Source: Erysipelotrichaceae bacterium MTC7 (GTDB lineage Bacteria > Bacillota_I > Bacilli_A > Erysipelotrichales > Erysipelotrichaceae). From it: 32,000 bases of DNA. This document shows positions 16,545 to 24,201 of this stretch, in pieces; position 1 is the first letter of the stretch; each line of letters opens with the position of its first letter. The notes under the pieces are model-generated. The model saw only the letters and a program-made list of their open reading frames with translations, did not search any database and had not been told where the DNA came from. The DNA is taken from positions 52,417 through 84,416 of the forward strand of contig LVZN01000002.1 in the NCBI GenBank assembly GCA_001695645.1, given 5' to 3'. Both the position numbers and the translations under genes were made by a program.

Positions 16545-19015
16545 TGGACACATTAAAGGGAAAGAAAATCATGGTGTGGACGTTCATGGGCAACACCAGA
16601 ATGTATAACGCTCTGCGTGACTACGGCGACCGCATCAGCCAGATCGGACTTTTCTCCTTCAAGGTCAGGGCTACTGGGGAGATTTACGAGAGCGGCGTGG
16701 CGATTTCCAATATGCTCACCTACATCAACCGCTATCCTCATATCAAGTGGCTTTTGACCGTAGCGAATGACGGAGCGAACAGCATCTTCAAAGCCCTGCG
16801 GGACAACACGAACGGAGCGCAGGATATGTTCCTCTCGGAACTTGTCCGCATCATGCAGAAATATCCGTGGTGTGACGGCATCGACATCGACCTCGAAAAA
16901 GGCGATGGCTATTCCACGCATGAAGCGTCCACGGCGATGTTCCGCAATATCTACAACACGGTCAAGAATTACGATTCTTCCAAGATGATGAATATCTGCC
17001 TGCCGGGTATGACTTCGGTCAACGGCTCGGTCGGCGGTGAGAACTGGTGCGTATATGCCGACCTCAACAATTACTGCGATACCGCGTCTATCATGAGCTA
17101 CGGCATGGCATGGGCAGGCTCAGCGCCGGGACCGGTGTCCCCGCGTTCCTGGCTTGAGGGTATCTACGATTATGCCTCCGAGGTCATGGACACGGAGAAG
17201 GTGTTCCTCGGTATGCCCGCCTACGGCTGGAACTGGCAGATCTACGACCTGCCGTCCAATATCGGAAAGACCTATCGCGGTACATCACAGACCTACTATG
17301 CGGCGCAGAACTGGCTGAAGGGTGTGTATAACTTCACGGACGATCAGCCGCCGCAACCGTTCATCCCATTCGTGGGATATTGGGACGATAACAACAAGGT
17401 GCCGTGGGCGCTCCCTCATGTGTACGACTACATGGAAGGACGGGACGCCGACAGCTACGAGTACCCGCAGATGTCCGGGACATACAATGGCAGGCACTAT
17501 CTGACCGCATACAGCAAGCAGCAGAAAACGGAGTTTGAAAACATCATCGTTGACCATGACGGCGCCAACTACGCCAGCGCATCCGGCATCGTATCCATCG
17601 AGAACGGTGTCGCCACACTTGGTGATGAAGGAGCGGTCACTTACCAATTTACCGTCAGCACGGCGGGAACCTACGATGTAGCGGTGCGGCTCTGTTATCC
17701 CTTCTGGGACAAGAACGGCATCTATGTGTCGCTGGACGGAACGACTACGCACTTTACGGAGAGCCGCCTGTGGTGGCCGTACTGGAGGACTACCTTCTGG
17801 ACTGCGCTTGCAAGCGGCGTGAGCCTTTCCGCAGGAACGCATACCATAAAGATTTCAGTCGATGTGAAGGGCGTACAGTTTTACGGTTTCCGCGTTTGCT
17901 CGTCCTTTTCGGAAGAGCCGTCCGCAGGAGAAGCGACCTATTCTTTTTCCCCACGGCAGTTCAAGGATGTGGAGGGCAACATGGTCGGTCCCGACCGTGG
18001 TTTCCGTCTCACCTTGGAAATGCTCCGAAGAAAGCCGGACTCGGCTCTTATCTGGTACGAGGACTTCCGTGACTACGGCGTGTTGGAGACAAACTACTGG
18101 ACGGTGCTGTCAGGTTCCTTTACCGTGTGGCGGTCAGATGAATACTCCACGGAGCGCGTCTACTCCCAGCTTGACGGCAGCGGTCAGCTTGCATGGAAGT
18201 ATGACGGCTTTTCGGATATCCACCTCCGGGCAAGGCTGGCATTCCCGGCAAGCGGCAGCGGCAAGGCAGGCATATTCTGCGGTGATCTGTTCTGCTGTCT
18301 GAATTACAATAGTCAGGCGGTGGAACTTTACAACGGCTCCACGCTCCTCGGCAGCTACAGTCAGGAGATCACGAGGACGCCGACCACAGACCTTCGTGAC
18401 GATCCGAATATGTACACGGTTGAGATGCGTATCCGTGGAAACAGGGTGCGCGTGTATTCCGGCTCCTCCTATACGCTGCGGTTTACGGCAACGGTCAGCG
18501 GCTTCTCCGGCGGCTATGCCGGGTACCGCTCCGACAATCGGACGGTATGCGAACTGATGCGCCTGGGTGACGCCTGGACATACGAGCCGTATGAGCGGTT
18601 CGATGTGGTGATGCCAGACGGAACGACAAAATCCTACGGCCGCATCAGCAGGAGCAACTGCACATGGGACAGCGAGTTCCAAGTATTCACGCTGACTGCC
18701 GATGTGGAGGAATCAAGCACTCGGAGCGAGGACATCTCGATGGACTACGACTTTTCCCATTCGGATGATATGACTTCGCTTTCCTGCGGCAACGACTATC
18801 AGGCAACGGTCATCCCCGTGGACATCAACATCTGGATATCCCGCCTGTTCCTCGGTGACGCGGACGGCTTCTCCATCCTCTACTACCAAGACGTGGACTC
18901 CCTCATCTATTGGGCGAACGAGGCGGCTTATCGGTGGAATCTCCGGGGAATGTGTATGTGGTCCCTTGGGCAGGAGGATCTGCGGCTGTGGGAGTGGCTG
19001 CCGAAACAGGTCTGA
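16544..19015 (+). CDS. tail fibre/host-recognition protein with N-terminal GH18 glycoside-hydrolase domain plus CBM-like and LamG-like domains
   Basis: The GH18 catalytic motif DGIDIDLE is at nt 16874-16897. SIMSYGMAW and LGMPAYGWNW strands are present. The middle region has a CBM6/35-like pattern (GTYDVAVRL...LSAGTHTIKISV). The C-terminal part is LamG/DUF1080-like. Confidence 0.8.
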   Translation: MDTLKGKKIMVWTFMGNTRMYNALRDYGDRISQIGLFSFKVRATGEIYESGVAISNMLTYINRYPHIKWLLTVANDGANSIFKALRDNTNGAQDMFLSELVRIMQKYPWCDGIDIDLEKGDGYSTHEASTAMFRNIYNTVKNYDSSKMMNICLPGMTSVNGSVGGENWCVYADLNNYCDTASIMSYGMAWAGSAPGPVSPRSWLEGIYDYASEVMDTEKVFLGMPAYGWNWQIYDLPSNIGKTYRGTSQTYYAAQNWLKGVYNFTDDQPPQPFIPFVGYWDDNNKVPWALPHVYDYMEGRDADSYEYPQMSGTYNGRHYLTAYSKQQKTEFENIIVDHDGANYASASGIVSIENGVATLGDEGAVTYQFTVSTAGTYDVAVRLCYPFWDKNGIYVSLDGTTTHFTESRLWWPYWRTTFWTALASGVSLSAGTHTIKISVDVKGVQFYGFRVCSSFSEEPSAGEATYSFSPRQFKDVEGNMVGPDRGFRLTLEMLRRKPDSALIWYEDFRDYGVLETNYWTVLSGSFTVWRSDEYSTERVYSQLDGSGQLAWKYDGFSDIHLRARLAFPASGSGKAGIFCGDLFCCLNYNSQAVELYNGSTLLGSYSQEITRTPTTDLRDDPNMYTVEMRIRGNRVRVYSGSSYTLRFTATVSGFSGGYAGYRSDNRTVCELMRLGDAWTYEPYERFDVVMPDGTTKSYGRISRSNCTWDSEFQVFTLTADVEESSTRSEDISMDYDFSHSDDMTSLSCGNDYQATVIPVDINIWISRLFLGDADGFSILYYQDVDSLIYWANEAAYRWNLRGMCMWSLGQEDLRLWEWLPKQV

Positions 19016-19030
19016 CACTATGAAAACAAT

Positions 19031-19117
19031 ACACAGTTTCTGCCTCTGATATTTGTACAGATTATGCTCCGAATTACCTTGATAAATGCGCGGTTCAGAG
19101 TGATATATGTACATACC
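19031..19117 (+). promoter_or_regulatory. two-box promoter/operator cassette, copy C
   Basis: The upstream box TGATATTTGTACAGATTAT is at 19047-19065. The -35 TTGATA is at 19079-19084, followed by a 17-nt spacer and -10 GATATA at 19102-19107. The block GTTCAGAGTGATATATGTACATACC spans 19093-19117. Confidence 0.7.
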
Positions 19118-19139
19118 AAAACGAACGGAGGGTACGGCA

Positions 19140-19511
19140 ATGACAAGATTTGAAAGAGAATGGAACGGAGAACTTGGAGAGTTCTGGAAGAAGCATGCCC
19201 GCGAAGAGGCACAGCGGCTTTTAGACCAGGCAGACAAAATTGAGGTAGAGGATGACGGAGCCGCCAAGTGGAAGACGAACGGCTCATACCTCCCGGCAGA
19301 TGTGGTCGAGAAGCTGACTTTTGCCGGAGCGACCTGGTTTTCACCGGAGGCAACGGAAGCGAAGCGTGAGACGCAGATCGCAAAGGAACTGGAAGCCTAT
19401 CGCGGTAACCACAGAGGGCTTGACGCAGAGACGCTCGCCGAGGCAAGGGCGGCATTCGGGGAAGGAACCACGATCTGCGATGTCATAACCGGGGAGAAAA
19501 TCACCCTGTAA
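19140..19511 (+). CDS. hypothetical moron protein (123 aa)
   Basis: The inner ATG 19140 follows ACGGAGGG. It is bracketed by cassette C and the terminator at 19547-19577. No family recognised. Confidence 0.7.
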   Translation: MTRFEREWNGELGEFWKKHAREEAQRLLDQADKIEVEDDGAAKWKTNGSYLPADVVEKLTFAGATWFSPEATEAKRETQIAKELEAYRGNHRGLDAETLAEARAAFGEGTTICDVITGEKITL

Positions 19512-19546
19512 GGCAAAGCAACAAAACACAATATCATCGGAAAACG

Positions 19547-19577
19547 GCGATTGTCCATAGCGGGCAGTCGCTTTTTT
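19547..19577 (+). terminator. rho-independent terminator
   Basis: Stem GCGATTG / CAGTCGC (one G-U pair), an 11-nt loop, then TTTTTT at 19572-19577. Confidence 0.65.
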
Positions 19578-19616
19578 CATACAAAAATTCAACCAGAGAA
19601 AGGAAGGTACAAGCGT

Positions 19617-20039
19617 ATGAAAGAATTCTGGAACACCATTCAACTCATCTTTACGGCAATTGGCGGATGGCTGGGCTACTTCCTCGGCGGCTGTGACGGT
19701 CTGCTCATCGCTCTTGTGGCGTTCGTGGCAATCGACTACATCACGGGCGTCATGTGCGCTGTGGCGGACAAGAAGCTCTCCAGCGAGGTCGGCTTCAAGG
19801 GTATCTGCCGCAAGGTGCTTATTTTTCTTCTTGTGGGGATTGCCAACATCCTCGATGTGCAGGTCATCGGCACGGGCAGCGTCCTGCGCACGGCGGTGAT
19901 CTTTTTCTACATCTCCAACGAAGGTGTATCTCTCACGGAGAATGCCGCGCACCTGGGTCTGCCTATACCGGAAAAGCTGAAGGCGGTGCTGGAGCAGCTC
20001 CATGACCGCGACACCGATGGAAAGGACGGTGACGAGTAA
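19617..20039 (+). CDS. holin (phage_holin_4 / TcdE-like family)
   Basis: The inner ATG 19617 follows AAGGAAGG. Three predicted transmembrane segments are present. The motif DYITGVMCAVADKKLSSEVGFKGICRKVLIFLLVGIANILD is typical of this holin family. Confidence 0.85.
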   Translation: MKEFWNTIQLIFTAIGGWLGYFLGGCDGLLIALVAFVAIDYITGVMCAVADKKLSSEVGFKGICRKVLIFLLVGIANILDVQVIGTGSVLRTAVIFFYISNEGVSLTENAAHLGLPIPEKLKAVLEQLHDRDTDGKDGDE

Positions 20040-21535
20040 TGGCTTACACAAACAGTTCAATGGTGGCTTACACCAAACTAAGCCCGAACCATTCCGGGCT
20101 GCGGACACATTCCATCGACCGGATCACTCCTCACTGCGTGGTCGGTCAGTGTACGGCGGAGGGACTTGGGGACTGGTTTTATAAATCCAGTACCCAGGCA
20201 TCCTCGAATTACGGCATCGACAAGGACGGTCGTGTCGGAATGTATGTGGAGGAGAAGAACCGCTCCTGGTGTTCTTCCTCCAATGCCAATGACCAGAGGG
20301 CAATCACCATCGAGTGCGCATCCGACACCACGGAGCCGTATGCGTTCCGCGATATCGTATATCAGACGCTCATCAAGCTGTGCGTGGATATCTGCAAGCG
20401 AAACGGCAAGACGAAACTCCTGTGGTTTGGCGATAAGGACAAGACGCTTGCCTACGAACCGAAGTCCGGCGAGATGGTGCTGACCGTCCATCGGTGGTTC
20501 GCCAATAAGTCCTGTCCCGGCAACTGGATGTATGCCAGGATGGGTGATCTTGCGGAAAAGGTCACGGCGGCTCTCGGTAGTGGTACTGGGGGGACCGATG
20601 GTTCCGCAACTACACAAGGAACACAGGCTTCCGCCTTTTCTTCGCTTTCAGAGTCGGATGTTGTAAAGAGTGTAGGGACATTGTTTACGGCAGATCAGAA
20701 GAGAACAGGCATCCTCGCCTCGGTTTCGATGGCGCAGTTCATCCTTGAATCCGGATATGGCAAGTCGGAGCTGGCGCAGAACGCCAATAACGTGTTCGGC
20801 ATGAAATGCTCCCTCTCCGGCAACACGTGGAGCGGTTCGAACTGGGACGGAACGAGCAAGTATACCAAGCAGACGAAGGAACAGAACACGGACGGCAGCT
20901 ATACCACCATCACAGCGGACTTCCGCAATTACCCGTGTGTGGAGGATTCCATTGCCGACCATTCCGCATATCTGCTCGGCGCGAAGAACGGCAGCAAACT
21001 CCGCTATGACGGTCTGAAGGGCTGCACCGACTACAAGAAAGCGGCGCAGATCATCAAGGACGGCGGTTACGCCACAAGCCTTACCTATGTGCAGAACCTC
21101 TGCTCCATCATCGAGCGGTGGAACCTTACGCAGTTCGATGTGAAGGAAAGCGAGACGGCTGTCGCATGGTACCGTGTTCGTAAGACCTGGGCGGACGCCA
21201 AAACGCAGAAAGGCGCGTATAAGATTTTGGAGAACGCCAAGAAGTGCGCGGATGCCAATCCGGGATATAGTGTGTTCGATGTAAACGGTGTAAACATCTA
21301 CACACCGAACACAACATCTGATTCCGCGGCGGCGGTTCCGTTCTTCGTGAAGGTCAGCATCAGCGATTTGAACATCCGTAAGGGTCCCGGTACGGACTAT
21401 GCGAGGACGCAGTATATCCCTGTCGGCGTTTATACCATTGTGGAGGTCAAGTCTGGCAAGGGCTCGACCGCAGGATGGGGACGCTTAAAGAGCGGCGCGG
21501 GATGGATTTCGCTCGACTATACCGTCCGTGTATAA
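20039..21535 (+). CDS. multidomain endolysin: N-acetylmuramoyl-L-alanine amidase (Amidase_2) + glucosaminidase + wall-binding repeat + SH3b
   Basis: TAATG overlap with the holin. The amidase-type N-terminus reads ITPHCVVGQ...SSNYGIDKDGRVGMYVEEKNRSW...AITIECASD. The glucosaminidase motif is SVSMAQFILESGYGKSELAQNANNVFGMK. The C-terminal SH3b-like segment is LNIRKGPGTDY...GWGRLKSGAGWISLDY. Confidence 0.9.
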   Translation: MAYTNSSMVAYTKLSPNHSGLRTHSIDRITPHCVVGQCTAEGLGDWFYKSSTQASSNYGIDKDGRVGMYVEEKNRSWCSSSNANDQRAITIECASDTTEPYAFRDIVYQTLIKLCVDICKRNGKTKLLWFGDKDKTLAYEPKSGEMVLTVHRWFANKSCPGNWMYARMGDLAEKVTAALGSGTGGTDGSATTQGTQASAFSSLSESDVVKSVGTLFTADQKRTGILASVSMAQFILESGYGKSELAQNANNVFGMKCSLSGNTWSGSNWDGTSKYTKQTKEQNTDGSYTTITADFRNYPCVEDSIADHSAYLLGAKNGSKLRYDGLKGCTDYKKAAQIIKDGGYATSLTYVQNLCSIIERWNLTQFDVKESETAVAWYRVRKTWADAKTQKGAYKILENAKKCADANPGYSVFDVNGVNIYTPNTTSDSAAAVPFFVKVSISDLNIRKGPGTDYARTQYIPVGVYTIVEVKSGKGSTAGWGRLKSGAGWISLDYTVRV

Positions 21536-21557
21536 CGAAGAATATCTGAATTTATTT

Positions 21558-21603
21558 GAGCCTGTGGGCATTCCCGTTGCGGAGTGTCCACAGGCTCTTT
21601 TTT
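21558..21603 (+). terminator. rho-independent terminator after the lysis module
   Basis: Perfect 10-bp stem GAGCCTGTGG / CCACAGGCTC, a 20-nt loop, then TTTTTT at 21598-21603. Confidence 0.7.
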
Positions 21604-21660
21604 GTTATGAGGTTAAAATCCGGCGCATATCTTTTGACTGTGACTTAGGAGGTCTCAGTC

Positions 21661-22080
21661 ATGGATGGATTTCAGAAGGAACAGATCAGGAACCTTCGGA
21701 GAGAAGGTATGAGTTATGCGAAAATCGCAAAGCAGGTCGATGTTTCCAGGGATGCGGTCATATCCTTTTGCCGCAGGAACGGTCTGCAGGAAATAAAAAA
21801 GCCGATTCCGGTTGTGAATACCGATGCAGCAGATGTCTGCCGTGAGTGTGGAAAGCCACTGATCCAGGTGGACGGGATGAAACGGCGCGTGTTCTGCTCA
21901 AAAGAATGCCGCGTTAAGTGGTGGAAGGAGCATCCGGAACGGCTGAATCAAAAGGCAGTGTATCAGTACACGTGTCCGCACTGCGGTAAGCCATTCTCTG
22001 CCTATGGCAACTCCAAGCGGAAGTATTGTTCTCATGCCTGCTATATCTCTGATCGATTCGGAGGTGGAGCGGATGAATGA
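21661..22080 (+). CDS. HTH plus double zinc-ribbon protein (candidate regulator / recombination accessory factor)
   Basis: RBS AGGAGG. The N-terminal HTH-like segment is QIRNLRREGMSYAKIAKQVDVSRDAVISFCRRNG. Two Cys4 clusters follow (CRECG...CSKEC and CPHCG...CSHAC). It lies directly upstream of the recombinases. Confidence 0.7.
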   Translation: MDGFQKEQIRNLRREGMSYAKIAKQVDVSRDAVISFCRRNGLQEIKKPIPVVNTDAADVCRECGKPLIQVDGMKRRVFCSKECRVKWWKEHPERLNQKAVYQYTCPHCGKPFSAYGNSKRKYCSHACYISDRFGGGADE

Positions 22081-22249
22081 GGCGGAATTTCATGCGGAGA
22101 AAATGTACCTTCTGTGCCTTGGAACGGCGAAAGCGATGCTTAAGAAGGGCGTCATTTCAGAAGAAGAGTTCACTAAAATTGATACAATGCTGCTCGAAAA
22201 ATACAAGCCAACTTTGTCTACATTATTATCGGGAAAACCCTTGATATAA
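22073..22249 (+). CDS. small helical protein (58 aa), SHOCT-like by recollection
   Basis: The inner ATG 22073 follows GGAGGTGGAG. An ATGAATGA overlap joins it to the upstream gene. The sequence is MNEAEFHAEKMYLLCLGTAKAMLKKGVISEEEFTKIDTMLLEKYKPTLSTLLSGKPLI. Confidence 0.5.
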   Translation: MNEAEFHAEKMYLLCLGTAKAMLKKGVISEEEFTKIDTMLLEKYKPTLSTLLSGKPLI

Positions 22250-22275
22250 CTGGCTTTTAGAGTGATATATAGTGT
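22209..22275 (+). promoter_or_regulatory. two-box promoter/operator cassette, copy D (upstream of the recombinase operon)
   Basis: The upstream box TTTGTCTACATTAT is at 22213-22226. The -35 TTGATA is at 22241-22246, followed by a 17-nt spacer and -10 GATATA at 22264-22269. The block TTTAGAGTGATATATAGTGT resembles GTTCAGAGTGATATATGTAC. This copy lacks the TATGTACATA palindrome. Confidence 0.6.
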
Positions 22276-22293
22276 CGGAAAGGAGTTGATTTC

Positions 22294-24201
22294 ATGCCGA
22301 AAATCACGAGAATCAAGCCGGGTATCAAGGCACTCCCGGCAAAGAAAAAAGTGGCGGCCTACGCAAGGGTCTCCAAGGACACCGAGCGGCTGCTTCACTC
22401 CGTTTCCGCACAGGTAAGCTATTACAGCGATCTCATCCAGAAGAATCCGGAATGGGAATATGCAGGCGTGTACGCTGACTCCGGCATAACAGGCACTCTC
22501 GTCGCAGGACGCAGTGAGTTCGGACGGTTGCTGGAGGACTGCGAGGCTGGCAAGATTGACATCATCCTTTGCAAGTCGATTTCCAGGTTTGCGAGAAACA
22601 CGGTCGATCTGCTGAATACGGTCAGACATTTGAAGGACATCGGTGTGGAGGTTCGGTTCGAGAAAGAGCAGATCAATTCGATGAGCGGGGATGGAGAACT
22701 GATGCTTTCCATCCTCGCTTCTTTTGCCCAGGAAGAGAGCCGGAGCATTTCCGAAAATGTGAAATGGGGCATCCACAAGCGGTTCAAAAACGGAGAGATC
22801 GGTGCGGCAAACAAGCACATCCTTGGCTACCGGTACGATGATGAACTGAAAAAGTATGTCATCATTCCCGAAGAAGCCGAGGCGGTCAGATGGATGTTCC
22901 AGATGTACATCGATGGCGTTACCCTGCGGGACATTGCGGATAGCATGAACAATGCGGGCATCCGTACCACGCTGGGAAATGACTTTCAGGAAGCCTCAGT
23001 ACGGCAGCTGATTTTCAACGAGGTCTATGCCGGGGATATCCGCCGACAGAAATGCTACATCGAAGATCCCATCACCAAAAGGAAGGTGCCAAATCGCGGA
23101 GAGCTGCCGCAGTATTACATGGCAGACAGCCACGAGGCTATCATCGACCGCGACACCTACGCAAAGGTAAAAGCGGAAATGGAGCGACGGGCTTCGCTGC
23201 TGAATCCGACATATTGCTTTACGGGAAAGTTCAAATGCGCCGTATGCGGGGCGAACTTTACGAGGAAGAAAGGCAGGGTCAGGGGCAAGGAATATGTGGA
23301 CTGGATCTGCCGCAGCAAAAAAGAGCCTGGAGTCACCTGCAAGAGCCACAATTATCCTGAACATAAGCTGATGGATATTTGCGCCGAACTGATGGAAACG
23401 GACGGATTCGATGAAGAAGCGTTCGAGAGGAATGTTAAGCAGATCACCTCGCTTGCGGACGGCAGTATTGAGATGCAGCTTTATGGCGGCGAGGTCAGAC
23501 AGTGGCAGATGCCGCCAAAGCCGGTCAAGCCGAAGAAAATAAAGCCGGAGAGCAAGCGTCCAAGAAACCTGTTCGACGGGAAAATCTTCTGCGGCAAGTG
23601 TGGCAGACGGTTTGGCAGAGCCATCAGCGATACAACGGACGGCGGTCACCTTTACTGGTACTGCCGAGCAAAGAGCAATCACGGAATCACCTGCGACAGT
23701 GTCAACTATCCCGATTCAGAGATCAGGGACATCTTCTGCCGGGTCATGGGGAAGAAAACCTTTGACGAGGATTACTTCACAAAAACGGTCGACCGCATGG
23801 TGGTTCAAGCCTCCGGCAGTATTGACTTTCATCTGAAGGACGGCACGGTCAAGACATATGAGACGCTCAAGCTGCGGAGCAACAGGCACGAGACCACATC
23901 CACGGATGAGTTCACCGGGATGATTCGGTGCGCCTGCTGCGGAAACATTTACCACAGATACTGCGGATACGGAAAGTACGTTTACTGGCGATGCTCCGGC
24001 AAGCACAAGGTCAGGACGGAATGCAACGGGCAGGACCTGGCGGATTTCAACATCCGTAAGGTTTCCGCCTACATTCTCGGCATGGATGATTTTGACGGGA
24101 AAGCATTCACGGAGCAGATCGACCACATCACAGCATTGGAAGACGGAAGTCTGGAATACTTTTTTAAAGACAGGAGGGCAAAAAAGTGGCAAAGAACGTA
24201 A
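22294..24201 (+). CDS. large serine recombinase 1 (635 aa) with a triplicated zinc-ribbon module
   Basis: The catalytic N-terminus reads KKVAAYARVSKD ... YADSGITGT ... SISRFARNT ... LASFAQEESRSISENVKWG. A recombinase domain follows, then three ~95-aa Cys4 modules. Confidence 0.9.
   Translation: MPKITRIKPGIKALPAKKKVAAYARVSKDTERLLHSVSAQVSYYSDLIQKNPEWEYAGVYADSGITGTLVAGRSEFGRLLEDCEAGKIDIILCKSISRFARNTVDLLNTVRHLKDIGVEVRFEKEQINSMSGDGELMLSILASFAQEESRSISENVKWGIHKRFKNGEIGAANKHILGYRYDDELKKYVIIPEEAEAVRWMFQMYIDGVTLRDIADSMNNAGIRTTLGNDFQEASVRQLIFNEVYAGDIRRQKCYIEDPITKRKVPNRGELPQYYMADSHEAIIDRDTYAKVKAEMERRASLLNPTYCFTGKFKCAVCGANFTRKKGRVRGKEYVDWICRSKKEPGVTCKSHNYPEHKLMDICAELMETDGFDEEAFERNVKQITSLADGSIEMQLYGGEVRQWQMPPKPVKPKKIKPESKRPRNLFDGKIFCGKCGRRFGRAISDTTDGGHLYWYCRAKSNHGITCDSVNYPDSEIRDIFCRVMGKKTFDEDYFTKTVDRMVVQASGSIDFHLKDGTVKTYETLKLRSNRHETTSTDEFTGMIRCACCGNIYHRYCGYGKYVYWRCSGKHKVRTECNGQDLADFNIRKVSAYILGMDDFDGKAFTEQIDHITALEDGSLEYFFKDRRAKKWQRT

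Noticed and set aside
13238-19015. A diversity-generating retroelement or shufflon acting on the tail-fibre genes.
   Set aside because: There is no reverse transcriptase or invertase gene. I could find no template/variable repeat pair or inverted repeat cassettes around the receptor-binding genes in this window.
21604-21660. A promoter upstream of the HTH/zinc-ribbon gene (TTGTTA-17-GCATAT, or TTGACT at about 21636).
   Set aside because: The hexamers are weak and the spacing is ambiguous. There is not enough support to report it as a feature.
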